64,000 nucleotides of DNA from an uncultured Bacteroidota bacterium (GCA_963714855.1 CAVQPT010000021.1:192030-256029); one strand, 5' to 3'. Counted from the stretch's first letter, positions 30,395 to 41,066 are shown. Numbers and translations: made by a program. Notes: generated by a model not told the origin, from the letters alone.

Positions 30395-30837
30395 GGCTTC
30401 TTCTCCTGCCGGAGTTCGGCGGCGCGGGCTTTCAGATCACCATCCAGTTCGAACCAGACCGGCTGCTCCTGTGGATACTTCATGCCCAGTTCATCCACCG
30501 CGATCCGTCCGATCCTGTCAAGGGACGATTTTCTGTTCACGTCCGCCTGGAGAGTCGCATTCCGGTCGAGCTGCCGCTGCAGTTTTCCCTGCAGCTCACT
30601 GACGTAAGCCAGACGCTGATTGACCACTATTATATTGTTGATGTACAGAACGGTCAGAATGCAGACGATGAACAGGCCGACGATGATATTGAACGTGGAT
30701 ATCGTTCTGCGTGCCGGCCGGCGATTCTGGCGAAGGGCGTACCCCGCTAGGTCCGTCTGCCGATCCCCATTGTAGACATACCGGTTCTCACGCGGCGGCG
30801 CGGCGGCAATAAGTGCTTCGTCGTCCTTCTTATGCAT
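30391..30837 (-). CDS. ftsL: cell division protein FtsL-like (TM + coiled coil)
   Basis: 148 aa, single TM helix followed by a coiled coil. Sits between rsmH and ftsI. Confidence 0.6.
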   Translation of the reverse strand: MHKKDDEALIAAAPPRENRYVYNGDRQTDLAGYALRQNRRPARRTISTFNIIVGLFIVCILTVLYINNIIVVNQRLAYVSELQGKLQRQLDRNATLQADVNRKSSLDRIGRIAVDELGMKYPQEQPVWFELDGDLKARAAELRQEKKP

Positions 30838-31774
30838 GATCCATTCTCACGTCCATACGCTCTGCAGCCCGCAGCCTGGCGCTGCGCGCGCGCGGGTTCT
30901 GTGCCGTCTCTGCGTCCGGCGGCGTGACCGGCTTCCGTGTCAGAAGACGGAGCCGCGGCGCAGGTCCCTGATCATCCCGGACCGGCAGTCCGCGGACGAA
31001 CGGGCGTGTTGATTCCGCCCTGAACAGCTCTTTGACGATCCTGTCCTCGAGCGAATGATATGCAATCACCACGATCCTGCCGCCCGGACTGAGCAGCCCG
31101 ACGGCATCGTGCAATACTGCCTGAAGACTCTCCAGCTCTTGGTTCACTGCAATGCGAAGCGCTTGAAAGACACGGGCAAGCGATTTCGTCAGAAAACGTT
31201 GGCCGACGACCGAGGCGACCGCTTCCCGCAGTGCGCCTGTGGTTTCAACGGGCCGCTGCATGACAATCCGCCGGGCGATTCGCCTCGCGAAACGCTCTTC
31301 GCCCAATCGCCAGAGAATGTCCGCCAGCTCCCGCTCCTCCAGCGAATTCACCAGATCGCGTGCCGACGTGCCCTGCCGCCGGTCCATCCGCATATCCAGA
31401 ACCTGATCGTCACGGAACGTGAAGCCCCGTGACGGAACATCAAGCTGATGCGACGACACGCCCAGGTCCAGCAACACGCCGTTCACCCGTGTGACGCTCA
31501 GGTCCTCGAGCGCGGCGCGGAGAAAGCGGAAGTTGCGATGACGAAACACCGTTCGTTCCGCAAACCGCGCAAGGCGAGCGCGGGCGGCTTCAAGCGCTTC
31601 CTCATCTGCATCGAGACACACCAGCCTGCCGGGACCGCTCAAACGGCTGCATGCTTCCAGCGCATGTCCGCCTCCGCCAACCGTTCCGTCAACGTATATG
31701 CCCTGTGCGTCGGTGATCAGGAGATCCACCGCCTCCCGGCACAGGACCGGGATATGGAACGATGGATCCTCCAC
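30830..31774 (-). CDS. rsmH: 16S rRNA (cytosine1402-N4)-methyltransferase
   Basis: SAM-binding DGTVGGGGHA and conserved RsmH/MraW motifs. Confidence 0.95.
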   Translation of the reverse strand: MEDPSFHIPVLCREAVDLLITDAQGIYVDGTVGGGGHALEACSRLSGPGRLVCLDADEEALEAARARLARFAERTVFRHRNFRFLRAALEDLSVTRVNGVLLDLGVSSHQLDVPSRGFTFRDDQVLDMRMDRRQGTSARDLVNSLEERELADILWRLGEERFARRIARRIVMQRPVETTGALREAVASVVGQRFLTKSLARVFQALRIAVNQELESLQAVLHDAVGLLSPGGRIVVIAYHSLEDRIVKELFRAESTRPFVRGLPVRDDQGPAPRLRLLTRKPVTPPDAETAQNPRARSARLRAAERMDVRMDHA

Positions 31775-31778
31775 GGCG

Positions 31779-32222
31779 CTACTTCTGCAGAACGGTTTGC
31801 GCTACGGTCTCGTAACTTTCAGCCTGTGCCTTCTGGTACTCTTCGTATTTGCCGGGATTCCAGATTTCGATGTGTTCAAGAACGCCGAGGATGAGAACAT
31901 CATTCTCGATATGGGCAAAGTGCAGGAGCTCTTTGGGAATGCTGATGCGGAATTGTCCGTCAAGCTGAGACTCTGTCGCACGCTCCAGCAGTGTCCGCAT
32001 GAAGAAGCGGTGACGGGGATTGGTGGATGAGAGCTGCCGAATACTCTCTTCGAGTCTGTTCCACTCGTCGAGGGGATACACGTAGAGACATTGCTCGTAC
32101 CCGCGTGTCACTACAAATGTGTCGTTTGCATCGGTCGAGACATACTTCCTGAGGCGCGCGGGGATGTTGATACGTCCCTTGCTGTCAACGGAGTATGCGT
32201 ATGACCCTTTGAAGGAAGACAT
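31779..32222 (-). CDS. mraZ: transcriptional regulator MraZ
   Basis: 147 aa with two MraZ (UPF0040) repeats (DSKGRINIPARLRKY / DGQFRISIPKELLHFA). Confidence 0.95.
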   Translation of the reverse strand: MSSFKGSYAYSVDSKGRINIPARLRKYVSTDANDTFVVTRGYEQCLYVYPLDEWNRLEESIRQLSSTNPRHRFFMRTLLERATESQLDGQFRISIPKELLHFAHIENDVLILGVLEHIEIWNPGKYEEYQKAQAESYETVAQTVLQK

Positions 32223-32240
32223 GGTCTACCTCTAGTACAA

Positions 32241-32270
32241 TGTACCCACCTGTAACCCACTTTTACCCAC
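32241..32270 (-). promoter_or_regulatory. MraZ-operator-like direct repeats (3 x GTGGG at 11/10-bp spacing) in the mraZ upstream region
   Basis: Plus strand reads CCCAC at 32245-32249, 32256-32260 and 32266-32270, which is GTGGG x3 on the transcribed strand, 23-48 bp upstream of the mraZ ATG. This matches the known MraZ binding-site architecture. Confidence 0.5.
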
Positions 32271-32377
32271 GATACGCCCGTAAGATATGGATTTGGGTAT
32301 GAAAGTCAAGTGAGGAGATACGCTTTCTGGCGCGAAATGGAGGATTTAGCGAGGAGACCGAAACGAAGGATCTGAAT

Positions 32378-35300
32378 TTATCCGGCCGGATTACCCACCT
32401 GACTGGCATTATCCACAGAACTGGAGAGTTCATGGAGAAATGCCAGACTCTGGTCCACCGCTGAACCATCGTCGCCGGCAGAAGCGAGAGGAACGACGGT
32501 CTTGAGCAACGTGTCGGACTGGACCACTCGGACGCCCCGACCGCGCATATGTGAGATCACGGTCATGAGCCGCTGGAATTTGTCGGATCCGTAAAACGCT
32601 CCATCGGCGTGCGGAGGAAATGAGACCTCGAGACGTTCGCCCGTAAGATGCAGCTTCGGGAACCCCAGGCGGCCGGCGGCAAGCTTCAAACGGATTACCC
32701 CGAAGAGTGTGTCGACTTGCACCGGCGGACGCCCAAACCTGTCGCGCAATTCGAGACCGATTTCTTCCAGCTGTTCGTTGGTGTTCAGCGCATGCAGACG
32801 CCGGTAGATCGTCAGGCGCTCCGCCTCGCTCCCCACATACGTTTCCGGCAGAAATGCCTCGAGCTCAGCTTCCACCACGACCTGTGACGGTGCCCCGGGT
32901 CGCGCGACTCCTGCAGGAAGAAGGTCCGCAAACTCTTCCTCCTTCAACTCCTGCACAGCTTCTTCGAGGATGCGCGTATATGTTTCAAACCCCATGGCCT
33001 CGATAAAACCGCTCTGTTCGCTCCCCAGGAGATTTCCTGCGCCGCGAATTTCCAGATCGCGCATCGACAGATTGAATCCGGAACCCAGCTCGGTGAACTC
33101 CTGGAGCGCCTGCAGACGCTGCAGCGTGGGTCTCGTCAGAACGGAAACCGGCGGCGTGAGCAGATACGCATAGGCCTGGGCGTTCGACCGCCCGACCCGT
33201 CCGCGCAGCTGGTACAACTCCGCCATCCCGAAACGGTCAGCCCGGTGAATGATGATCGTGTTCACGTTCGGGATGTCGAGCCCCGACTCAATGATCTTGG
33301 TCGACACCAGAACATCCACCCGCCGCTCGAGGAACGCCATCATGGCCTCTTCGAGCTCACGGGACTGCATCTGTCCATGAGCCGAGAGAATCCGGACACC
33401 GGGCAGGAGGCCCTGCAGGCGTTCGGTGATCGCATCGATGGTCTGCACGCGGTCGTGGACAAAGTAGACCTGTCCCCCACGCTGCAGCTCACGTCGAACG
33501 ACTTCGCGGAGGAGATCATCGTTCCACTGCGTGATCTCGGTCAGAATTGGCAGGCGGTTCCGGGGGGGCGTTGCGATGATCGAGAGGTCGCGCGCGCCCA
33601 TCAGCGAGAAGTGCAGCGTCCGGGGAATTGGCGTCGCTGTCAGGGCCAGCGTGTCCACCTGCGTGCGCATCTGCCGGAGCTTCTCTTTGGCTGCAACGCC
33701 AAACCGGTGCTCTTCGTCGACGACGAGCAGACCGAGGTCTTTGAATCCCACATCTTTCGAAAGGAGGCGGTGGGTCCCGATGATCACGTCCACCAGCCCC
33801 TCCCGCAAGCGGGCGAGGACTTGTACCTGGTCTTTTTTTGACGTGAAACGGGAGAGGGCCTCTACCGAGACGCCGTAACGTTGGACACGATCACGAAAGG
33901 TGTTGAGGTGTTGCATGGTCAGAATGGTCGTCGGCACCAGAACGGCCACCTGCTTACCGGCTACAACGGCTTTGAACGCAGCACGCACCGCCACTTCGGT
34001 CTTGCCGAACCCCACGTCACCGCAGATGAGTCGATCCATGGGCGACGACGCTTCCATGTCGCGTTTCACATCAACTGTCGCCTTGGCCTGGTCAAAGGTG
34101 TCTTCGTACATGAAGGAGGCTTCGAGTTCAGCCTGCCAGGGTCCGTCGTCGGGGAACGGAAACCCCTCCATGTGTTTCCGCCGTGAGTACAGGGCGATAA
34201 GATCACGCGCGATATCCTTCACGCGCTTCTTTGTCCGTGCCTTCAGCCTTTCCCATTCGCCGCTGCCCAGTCTGTGGAGCGCCGGCACATGTCCGTCTTT
34301 TGAGGAATACTTCTGCAGCTTGTTGATATAGCTGATGTTCACGTACAGCGTATCGTTTTCGGCATAGGTGACGGCAGCGACTTCCATTGCAACATCGCGG
34401 ACACGGATCGTGCGCAGCCCCGCGAATTTTCCGATGCCGAAATCTTCGTGCACCACATAGTCGCCTTTGCGGAGTTGCTGTATCTCCGATTCGGACATCC
34501 CCTTGAAGCGGGGGCGACGTCGTTTGCCGTGTCGTTTGATCCGTCCGAACGCCTGGTGTTCGGTGAACACGGCAAGCTGTAACGAGGGGATCACGAACCC
34601 CTCATGCAGTGCTTCAAGGGAGAAGGTGATGACAGCAAGATCGGGAGCCGGCCCGTCGGCAGGTGCAGCGGCAGCCGTACCGAGGAGTTCTTTCAGGCGG
34701 TTGAGTTCCGACTGACTGTCGCACGTCAGGAGGATCCGGTATCCTTCCGCCTGGCGTTCGGCAATCTCCCGACACATCACCTGCGTGCTGCTGTTGAACG
34801 ACGGCTGGGGTCGTGCGCCCGCATCGACATCTGCGGAGCGTTCTGACAGGGTAACAAGGTGCATGGCGGGAAAGAGTGAGGCCACGTCGCGAAACCGGTC
34901 GGCCGTGTGAAGCCGCTCACGGTGGGTCTCAGCCGCTGTCAGACGCCGGAATCCCTCTTCCACCAATAACGGCTCTAGCATCACCAGGAGGGCCCCATCG
35001 GCGACGTAGTCCAGAAGCATCCCGCTGCCGGCGGGTTCCTCCCCGTCACCCGCCATCAGGTCGGGCACGAGAAGCGCCGAGGACAGGGTCCTGATCGAAC
35101 GCTGCGACGTCACGTCAAACTCCCGCACCGACTCTATCGTCTCCCCGAACAACTCGATGCGCAACGGATTCTCCCCGACAAACGGAAACACGTCGATGAT
35201 TCCTCCGCGTACCGCATATTCCCCCGGTTTCTGCACGAGATCGACACGGTCGAAGCGGAACCTGCCAAGAACGTCAATCAGCGTTCCGTATTCCGCATCC

Positions 35301-35749
35301 CCTCCCGCTGCAAGGGTATATGCGTTGGCGCGGACCGCCGCAGGAGACGGCACACGCAAAAGGGCACCCTGGGGATGCGTCACCACCAGCGCGGTCTGTT
35401 CCGTCGTCAGAGACCGGAGCGTGTGCACATCGTTGACCTCGCGGCTCCGCTCCGTCAACACTGCTTCCTTCTCCTCACGCCCGAGGAATACCCGGACGCG
35501 CTCGGAGCCGGCCAGCAGACCGAGGTCGTCCGAGAGGCGAAGAGCCGTTTCTTTGTCGGGGGCGAGAATCAGAAGTTGACGCACGGTGCGTCGGGAGAGT
35601 GCTGCCAGCACGATCGCCGTCATTGAGCCGGCCATCCCTGTCAGGGTGCAGGTCTTCCCCGCTTCCAGATCCGACACACGGCGGATCAGTTCATCCAGGA
35701 GTACGGTGTCGTCGAGCAGAGAGGGAAAGAGAGGGGAAGGCGTACTCAT
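32378..35749 (-). CDS. mfd: transcription-repair coupling factor
   Basis: 1123 aa. UvrB-homology N-terminal region, superfamily-2 helicase motifs (GDVGFGKTEVA, DEEHRFG) and TRCF/TRG domains. Confidence 0.95.
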   Translation of the reverse strand: MSTPSPLFPSLLDDTVLLDELIRRVSDLEAGKTCTLTGMAGSMTAIVLAALSRRTVRQLLILAPDKETALRLSDDLGLLAGSERVRVFLGREEKEAVLTERSREVNDVHTLRSLTTEQTALVVTHPQGALLRVPSPAAVRANAYTLAAGGDAEYGTLIDVLGRFRFDRVDLVQKPGEYAVRGGIIDVFPFVGENPLRIELFGETIESVREFDVTSQRSIRTLSSALLVPDLMAGDGEEPAGSGMLLDYVADGALLVMLEPLLVEEGFRRLTAAETHRERLHTADRFRDVASLFPAMHLVTLSERSADVDAGARPQPSFNSSTQVMCREIAERQAEGYRILLTCDSQSELNRLKELLGTAAAAPADGPAPDLAVITFSLEALHEGFVIPSLQLAVFTEHQAFGRIKRHGKRRRPRFKGMSESEIQQLRKGDYVVHEDFGIGKFAGLRTIRVRDVAMEVAAVTYAENDTLYVNISYINKLQKYSSKDGHVPALHRLGSGEWERLKARTKKRVKDIARDLIALYSRRKHMEGFPFPDDGPWQAELEASFMYEDTFDQAKATVDVKRDMEASSPMDRLICGDVGFGKTEVAVRAAFKAVVAGKQVAVLVPTTILTMQHLNTFRDRVQRYGVSVEALSRFTSKKDQVQVLARLREGLVDVIIGTHRLLSKDVGFKDLGLLVVDEEHRFGVAAKEKLRQMRTQVDTLALTATPIPRTLHFSLMGARDLSIIATPPRNRLPILTEITQWNDDLLREVVRRELQRGGQVYFVHDRVQTIDAITERLQGLLPGVRILSAHGQMQSRELEEAMMAFLERRVDVLVSTKIIESGLDIPNVNTIIIHRADRFGMAELYQLRGRVGRSNAQAYAYLLTPPVSVLTRPTLQRLQALQEFTELGSGFNLSMRDLEIRGAGNLLGSEQSGFIEAMGFETYTRILEEAVQELKEEEFADLLPAGVARPGAPSQVVVEAELEAFLPETYVGSEAERLTIYRRLHALNTNEQLEEIGLELRDRFGRPPVQVDTLFGVIRLKLAAGRLGFPKLHLTGERLEVSFPPHADGAFYGSDKFQRLMTVISHMRGRGVRVVQSDTLLKTVVPLASAGDDGSAVDQSLAFLHELSSSVDNASQVGNPAG

Positions 35750-35873
35750 GAATTGTCAGCGATGCTGGATCTGTTCCGCAGGCATCTATGGATGTCGTGT
35801 GTTCTCATTCGCCATGAGAGCGCGTGTCGCGCTCCGTGCCCGTGTGTCGTGAACAAAGCCCGGAAGGGATCCC

Positions 35874-36782
35874 CTAGCCAATGGCGCGGCGTACGAAGCC
35901 ATCCGCTGCCGCGATCCGTCGCTGTGCTTCGATCAGGTCCACACCCACCCTGATCATCACGATCGCACTTTTAACATGGCCGTGTGCTCGTTCCAGGACC
36001 GCGGCGGCAGTGTCGTAGTCAACGCCCGTCGCCATCATCACGATGCGTTTCGACCGCTCCACCAGTTTCTTATTCGTCAGCTGGAGATCCACCATCATGT
36101 TCTCATACACCTTTCCCAGCTTGACCATCGCGGTGGTGGTAAGCATGTTGAGGACGAGTTTCTGGGCGGTTCCCGATTTCATCCGTGTGGATCCCATCAG
36201 CACTTCGGGGCCGACTTCCGGACAGATAGCCACATCGACATCGAGGTTGAATTCGGATCGTGGATTTGTCGTGACGTAGATCGTTTTCGCCCCGAGCGTT
36301 TTTGCATGGGCCACTGCTGCCACGACATAGGGTGTGCGACGACTTGCTGCAAGGCCGCAGACAGTATCGTGCGCCGTCACACCATGGCCCTCCACGTCCT
36401 TCCGTGCCTGTGCTTCGCTGTCTTCCGCACCTTCCTGGGAACGGAACATCGCAGCATCGCCCCCTGCGATCACGCCAACAACCATCGTCGGATCGGTGCC
36501 GAACGTGGGCGGGCACTCTGAGGCGTCCACCACACCAAGACGCCCGGACGTGCCGGCACCGAAATAGAGGAGGCGTCCTCCGGCGCGAAAGGATTCAACA
36601 ATCAGCTCCGTGGCACGGACGATGTACGGAATCTCACGTTCCACGGCAATAGGGACGAGTTTGTCCTGCGCGTTGATGAGCCGAAGGACTTCTTCCGTGG
36701 ACATTATGTCCATGGTCATCGAATCGGGGTTCCGCTGCTCGGTAAGGAGGCGGGCGAGTGCGTCGGAAAATTCTCTGGTCAT
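35874..36782 (-). CDS. murQ: N-acetylmuramic acid 6-phosphate etherase
   Basis: SIS domain with GAGTSGRLGVVDASECPPTFG and a C-terminal MurQ-type helix (AAAVLERAHGHVKSAIVMI). Start moved to an internal ATG. Confidence 0.8.
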   Translation of the reverse strand: MTREFSDALARLLTEQRNPDSMTMDIMSTEEVLRLINAQDKLVPIAVEREIPYIVRATELIVESFRAGGRLLYFGAGTSGRLGVVDASECPPTFGTDPTMVVGVIAGGDAAMFRSQEGAEDSEAQARKDVEGHGVTAHDTVCGLAASRRTPYVVAAVAHAKTLGAKTIYVTTNPRSEFNLDVDVAICPEVGPEVLMGSTRMKSGTAQKLVLNMLTTTAMVKLGKVYENMMVDLQLTNKKLVERSKRIVMMATGVDYDTAAAVLERAHGHVKSAIVMIRVGVDLIEAQRRIAAADGFVRRAIG

Positions 36783-36911
36783 TGTGCAATAACGGATATA
36801 TAGTGAGCGATGACGTTCGAGGCACCCACGACTCCTGTGCCCCTGTGACTCTGTTCCCCCCAAGACATTCACCCCCGGCTTCCGCACACCACCATCCCTC
36901 CCGGCTCTTCC

Positions 36912-37664
36912 CTACGTCCTCCGTCCCTGCCGCTTCCCTCCACGGACCGCGGGTACTTCCACAACAACGATCTTCTTCTCCTGCAATACCCCATCATCAT
37001 CCCCCCCGAATACCAGAGGGACAACGGCAGACGGCGCAATCCCTTCTTTGAGCATCATCCCCTTCTCCTCCAACTGGAGATCTCCACCCTTGTACGCAAG
37101 AAGAACGGGCAGCGCTATCGCACCATCCGCCCCACGTACCTGTATGACGCCACCATCAGGCCGCATATACGGACGCGACCAGCGGACAAGCTCTGCGAGA
37201 GGCGCGATACCACGGGCCAATACAATATCGAACTGTCCGCCATAAGTGGCAAGCACAGACGGATCTTCCGCCCTGCCAGTTGCTACGGTCACACGCTCGA
37301 GCCCAACTCTCCGAACGATATCCTCAACTGCAGTGCACTTCTTCCGGATGGAGTCAAGAAGGACGATTCGCCAGTCCGGCTGCGCAATCGCCAGCGGAAT
37401 GCCCGGCAATCCACCCCCCGTACCCAGATCCAGAGCATTCAGCCGGTCCGGAAAGGAGATATGGAAGAGCGGAGAAAGCGAATGAAGAATGTGGCTCGCC
37501 CAGACGTTCTCTTCATCCCTCCGGGAGACCAGGTTTACCTTCGCGTTCCATTCGAGCAGGTACTGAACATACGCATCTATCGCTTCTCGCTGTGTATCGG
37601 AGAATGGAACACCGCGCGAGCGAAGGATGCCAAGCAGGCGAAGGGACTGTTCCACGTGAAACAT
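36912..37664 (-). CDS. rsmG: 16S rRNA (guanine527-N7)-methyltransferase
   Basis: GidB family with SAM motif DLGTGGGLPGIPLAIA. The ATG overlaps the mnmG stop (TGATG). The protein starts MFHVEQ. Confidence 0.9.
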   Translation of the reverse strand: MFHVEQSLRLLGILRSRGVPFSDTQREAIDAYVQYLLEWNAKVNLVSRRDEENVWASHILHSLSPLFHISFPDRLNALDLGTGGGLPGIPLAIAQPDWRIVLLDSIRKKCTAVEDIVRRVGLERVTVATGRAEDPSVLATYGGQFDIVLARGIAPLAELVRWSRPYMRPDGGVIQVRGADGAIALPVLLAYKGGDLQLEEKGMMLKEGIAPSAVVPLVFGGDDDGVLQEKKIVVVEVPAVRGGKRQGRRT

Positions 37665-39544
37665 CACCTGAGAAGCGCTATCATGAGCACCGAAATGTCG
37701 GCGGGCGTCACACCGCTTATGCGCATGGCCTGTCCGATCGACGAGGGGCGAACCCTCGTCAACTTTTCCCTCCCCTCATTGCTGAGGGATCGTATCGCAT
37801 GGTAATCGACTCCGCCAGGGATCATCATCGCCTCGTTCTTCCTGAAGAAACTGATGTGGTTGTCCTGGCGCTTCAGGTATCCTTCATACTTGACCTCGAT
37901 CTCAATCTGGAGCCGGGCCTGTACATCATCCTGCAGCCGGGAAAACAGCGCATACTCCCTCAGGCGAGGAAGCGAGAGGATTCCGCTGAGCGTGACTTCG
38001 GGGCGCTTGAGGAGCTGATAGACTGTCTCACTTTCGGGAACCGATCCTTCCCAACCAGGATGCTTGCCATGCTGCAGATCCTTCCCGCTCACACGGACGC
38101 TCTTCATCAGCTCTTTCGCGTCACGTACCCTCTTTTCTTTGGCGTCGAGCTTCGCAATGGCTTCATCGGGGATGAGGCCTAGCATCGCTCCTTTTCTCAT
38201 GAGCCTGCTATCGGCATTGTCCTGCCGCAGAGCAAGACGATACTCCGCACGTGACGTGAACATGCGGTACGGTTCGTCCGTGCTCTTGTTGATCAGGTCG
38301 TCAACAAGGACTCCGATATATGCCTCACTCCTGTCAAGAAAGAATGGATCACGGCCGTTGATCCGGAGCGCGGCGTTGACGCCGGCCACGATGCCCTGCC
38401 CCGCCGCTTCTTCATATCCACTCGTTCCATTGATCTGGCCTGCAAAAAAAAGTCCGCGGACTCGCTTTGTCTCCAGCGTGTGGTGGACCTGATGCGGTGG
38501 AAAGAAGTCATATTCCACAGCATACCCCGGACGCGTCATGCGGCACCGCTTCAACCCCGGGATCGTTTGCAGTGCTGCTTCCTGCACGCGCGCCGGAAGA
38601 CTCGATGAAAACCCGTTCACATAGACGAGAGGCGAATCATACCCTTCACGCTCCAGAAAGATCTGGTGGCGCTCTCTGTCCGCAAACCGGTTGATCTTGT
38701 CTTCGATGGATGGACAATAGCGCGGGCCGATGCCTTTGATACGGCCGGAGAAGAGTGGCGACTCATCAAATCCGGTTCGCAGGACGTCGTGGGTCTCCCG
38801 GTTGGTATACGTCAGATACATCGGGATCTGACGGTTCGTGATCTCTGCCGTCTGGAACGAAAACGGCGTCGGTCTCTCGTCCGGCAATTGCTCCTCGGTC
38901 TCGCCAAAATCGATGGACGCACCATCGATCCGCGGAGGAGTCCCCGTCTTCAAACGCCCTGAAACAAATCCGAGCCGGGCAAATTTTTCCGTAAGGCCGA
39001 TCGATGCCGGTTCGGCATAGCGCCCCCCAACTGTCGTCTGTGTTCCCGTGTGCATGATGCCGTTGAGGAATGTCCCGCTGCAGAGCACAATCGACTGACA
39101 TCGGATGAGCTGTTCGCCGTTGATCTCCGCTCCAACAATTGCGCCGTCCTCAATGAAGATGTCGGAAAGGAGACCTGTAACGACTGAGAGCCCTTGCTGC
39201 GCCTGAATCCTGGAGAGCGCCTCCCGGCTATACCACTCCCGATCGTTCTGGCTCCTTGGAGACCAGACAGCAGGGCCTTTCGATGTGTTCAGCATCCTGA
39301 AGTGGATACCGGTCGCATCGGCGATCTTTCCCATCTCCCCGCCAAGGGCATCGATTTCCCTGACGAGATGCCCCTTTGCGCTCCCTCCAATGGCCGGATT
39401 GCACGACATCCGCCCCGTCGCATGCGGATCCATGGTGACAAGGGCGGTCGAGCAACCCATGCGTGCCGAGGCCAGGGCCGCTTCGATGCCGGCGTGTCCT
39501 CCGCCGACCACACACACATTGAATGATTGTTTCACGTGAAACAT
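37664..39544 (-). CDS. mnmG: tRNA uridine 5-carboxymethylaminomethyl modification enzyme MnmG
   Basis: N-terminal FAD-binding [16 protein letters not shown]. 626 aa of the GidA family. Confidence 0.97.
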   Translation of the reverse strand: MFHVKQSFNVCVVGGGHAGIEAALASARMGCSTALVTMDPHATGRMSCNPAIGGSAKGHLVREIDALGGEMGKIADATGIHFRMLNTSKGPAVWSPRSQNDREWYSREALSRIQAQQGLSVVTGLLSDIFIEDGAIVGAEINGEQLIRCQSIVLCSGTFLNGIMHTGTQTTVGGRYAEPASIGLTEKFARLGFVSGRLKTGTPPRIDGASIDFGETEEQLPDERPTPFSFQTAEITNRQIPMYLTYTNRETHDVLRTGFDESPLFSGRIKGIGPRYCPSIEDKINRFADRERHQIFLEREGYDSPLVYVNGFSSSLPARVQEAALQTIPGLKRCRMTRPGYAVEYDFFPPHQVHHTLETKRVRGLFFAGQINGTSGYEEAAGQGIVAGVNAALRINGRDPFFLDRSEAYIGVLVDDLINKSTDEPYRMFTSRAEYRLALRQDNADSRLMRKGAMLGLIPDEAIAKLDAKEKRVRDAKELMKSVRVSGKDLQHGKHPGWEGSVPESETVYQLLKRPEVTLSGILSLPRLREYALFSRLQDDVQARLQIEIEVKYEGYLKRQDNHISFFRKNEAMMIPGGVDYHAIRSLSNEGREKLTRVRPSSIGQAMRISGVTPADISVLMIALLR

Positions 39545-39556
39545 CTGGCCGTCCTG

Positions 39557-40954
39557 TCACTTCCCGATACAGAATTGAGAAAAAATATGATGAAGGATCT
39601 CTTCGCTTGTTACCTCTCCGGTGATTTCCGCGAGGGCGTGTGCCGTCTCACGCACATCAAAAGCCACATACTCCAGGCTCGTCCCTGCAGCAAGCGACTC
39701 GAGGGCGGTGTCGAGAGCAACGCCGGCTCTTGAAAGAGCCTCCTTGTGCCGCAGGTTCGTCACATAGACCGCGTTTTCGCCAAGAAGGAGATCTCCCTCC
39801 ATTTCATGTGCGAGCGCGCTACGCAGATCTTCCAGACCTTTGCCGGTGATTGCTGAAACCGCGACAGCGGGGGTGCTCGCGGGCTGTTCCCCTGTCGTTC
39901 GGGCGGGGGCGGGCCACGACGGAAGCAGATCACACTTGTTCAGAACGTAGATCACATGCTGGTCTCGTGACGCATCCGGGAATGTGCCCACGTGGTCGGC
40001 AATCGACGCCGACACGCTGGCATCAAGCACCCGGAGAATGATGTCAGCATATCGCACCGCTGCCAGCGACCGCTCGACCCCATGCCGTTCCACCTCGTCC
40101 ACGGTTTCGCGCAGCCCGGCCGTATCCGTCAGACGGAATGCAAGTCCATCGATGGCAATACTTTCTTCAAGCGCATCCCGTGTCGTTCCCGGAACTGGTG
40201 TGACAATCGCCCGTTCCTGACGGAGCAGGGCATTGAAGAGGCTGGATTTTCCCGAGTTCGGTTCGCCGGCAAGCACAACAGAGACGCCTTCACGGCAGAG
40301 GCGCCCGTGCGCGTACGAATGTGCGAGGTTCATGATAGCCGCGCGCAGGAGCGAAATCCGCCGGGCCGCTTCTGTTGGCGCAATGATCTCGAGCCCTTCT
40401 TCGGCAAAATCCAGATCGATTTCCAATAACGCACATAAGTCCAATACCTGGCCTCGCACCTCCCGTACACGCGCCCCAAGCCGCCCGGCAACCTGCTCGA
40501 GCGATGCACGCTGGCCGCGACGGCTCCCGGCTGCAATCACGTCCGCTACCGCCTCCGCCTGCGACAGATCAATCCGCCCGTGCAGAAAGGCACGTCGCGT
40601 AAACTCCCCCGGTTCCGCCAACCGAGCACCTGCCCCGAGCAGCGCCTCCAACACCAACCGCGTTACCAGCAGACCGCCATGACACCCGAATTCCACCATA
40701 TCCTCCCCAGAATACGAGCGAGGAGCCCGAAACACGGTTGCAAGCACTTCGTCTACCTCCCCACCGGACTCATCAACAAGAAAGCCATGGTGCACCGTAA
40801 ACCCCGGGGCGCGGCCGAGATCCGTCCGCCCACGGAATACGCGGGCACCGATCGCCAGGGCATCAGGCCCGCTCAAACGCACCACCGCCAGGGCGGCCGT
40901 ACCGGTAGCGGTGCCGACGGCTGCAATGGTTTCGCCTGTGCGTTCTGCAATCAT
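39557..40954 (-). CDS. mnmE: tRNA modification GTPase MnmE
   Basis: GTPase G1 GEPNSGKSS, G3 DTAG, and C-terminal CIGK. The N-domain sequence TIAAVGTATGTAALAVVRLSG is typical of the MnmE/TrmE family. Confidence 0.95.
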   Translation of the reverse strand: MIAERTGETIAAVGTATGTAALAVVRLSGPDALAIGARVFRGRTDLGRAPGFTVHHGFLVDESGGEVDEVLATVFRAPRSYSGEDMVEFGCHGGLLVTRLVLEALLGAGARLAEPGEFTRRAFLHGRIDLSQAEAVADVIAAGSRRGQRASLEQVAGRLGARVREVRGQVLDLCALLEIDLDFAEEGLEIIAPTEAARRISLLRAAIMNLAHSYAHGRLCREGVSVVLAGEPNSGKSSLFNALLRQERAIVTPVPGTTRDALEESIAIDGLAFRLTDTAGLRETVDEVERHGVERSLAAVRYADIILRVLDASVSASIADHVGTFPDASRDQHVIYVLNKCDLLPSWPAPARTTGEQPASTPAVAVSAITGKGLEDLRSALAHEMEGDLLLGENAVYVTNLRHKEALSRAGVALDTALESLAAGTSLEYVAFDVRETAHALAEITGEVTSEEILHHIFSQFCIGK

Positions 40955-41066
40955 ACCGTGCTCTGCGGGTGGGTGGTGGGACTCCAGAGAGTTCAAGTGT
41001 ACGAATTTCCTCACCGATGCGCAACGCAACCACCCCTCCCCTGCCGGTCAGGCGCCCCGTACCAAC

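Noticed and set aside
39527-39733. 68-aa plus-strand ORF starting MFHVKH
   Set aside because: It arises because the mnmG start palindrome reads the same on both strands. It overlaps the mnmE 3' end in antisense and is not a gene.
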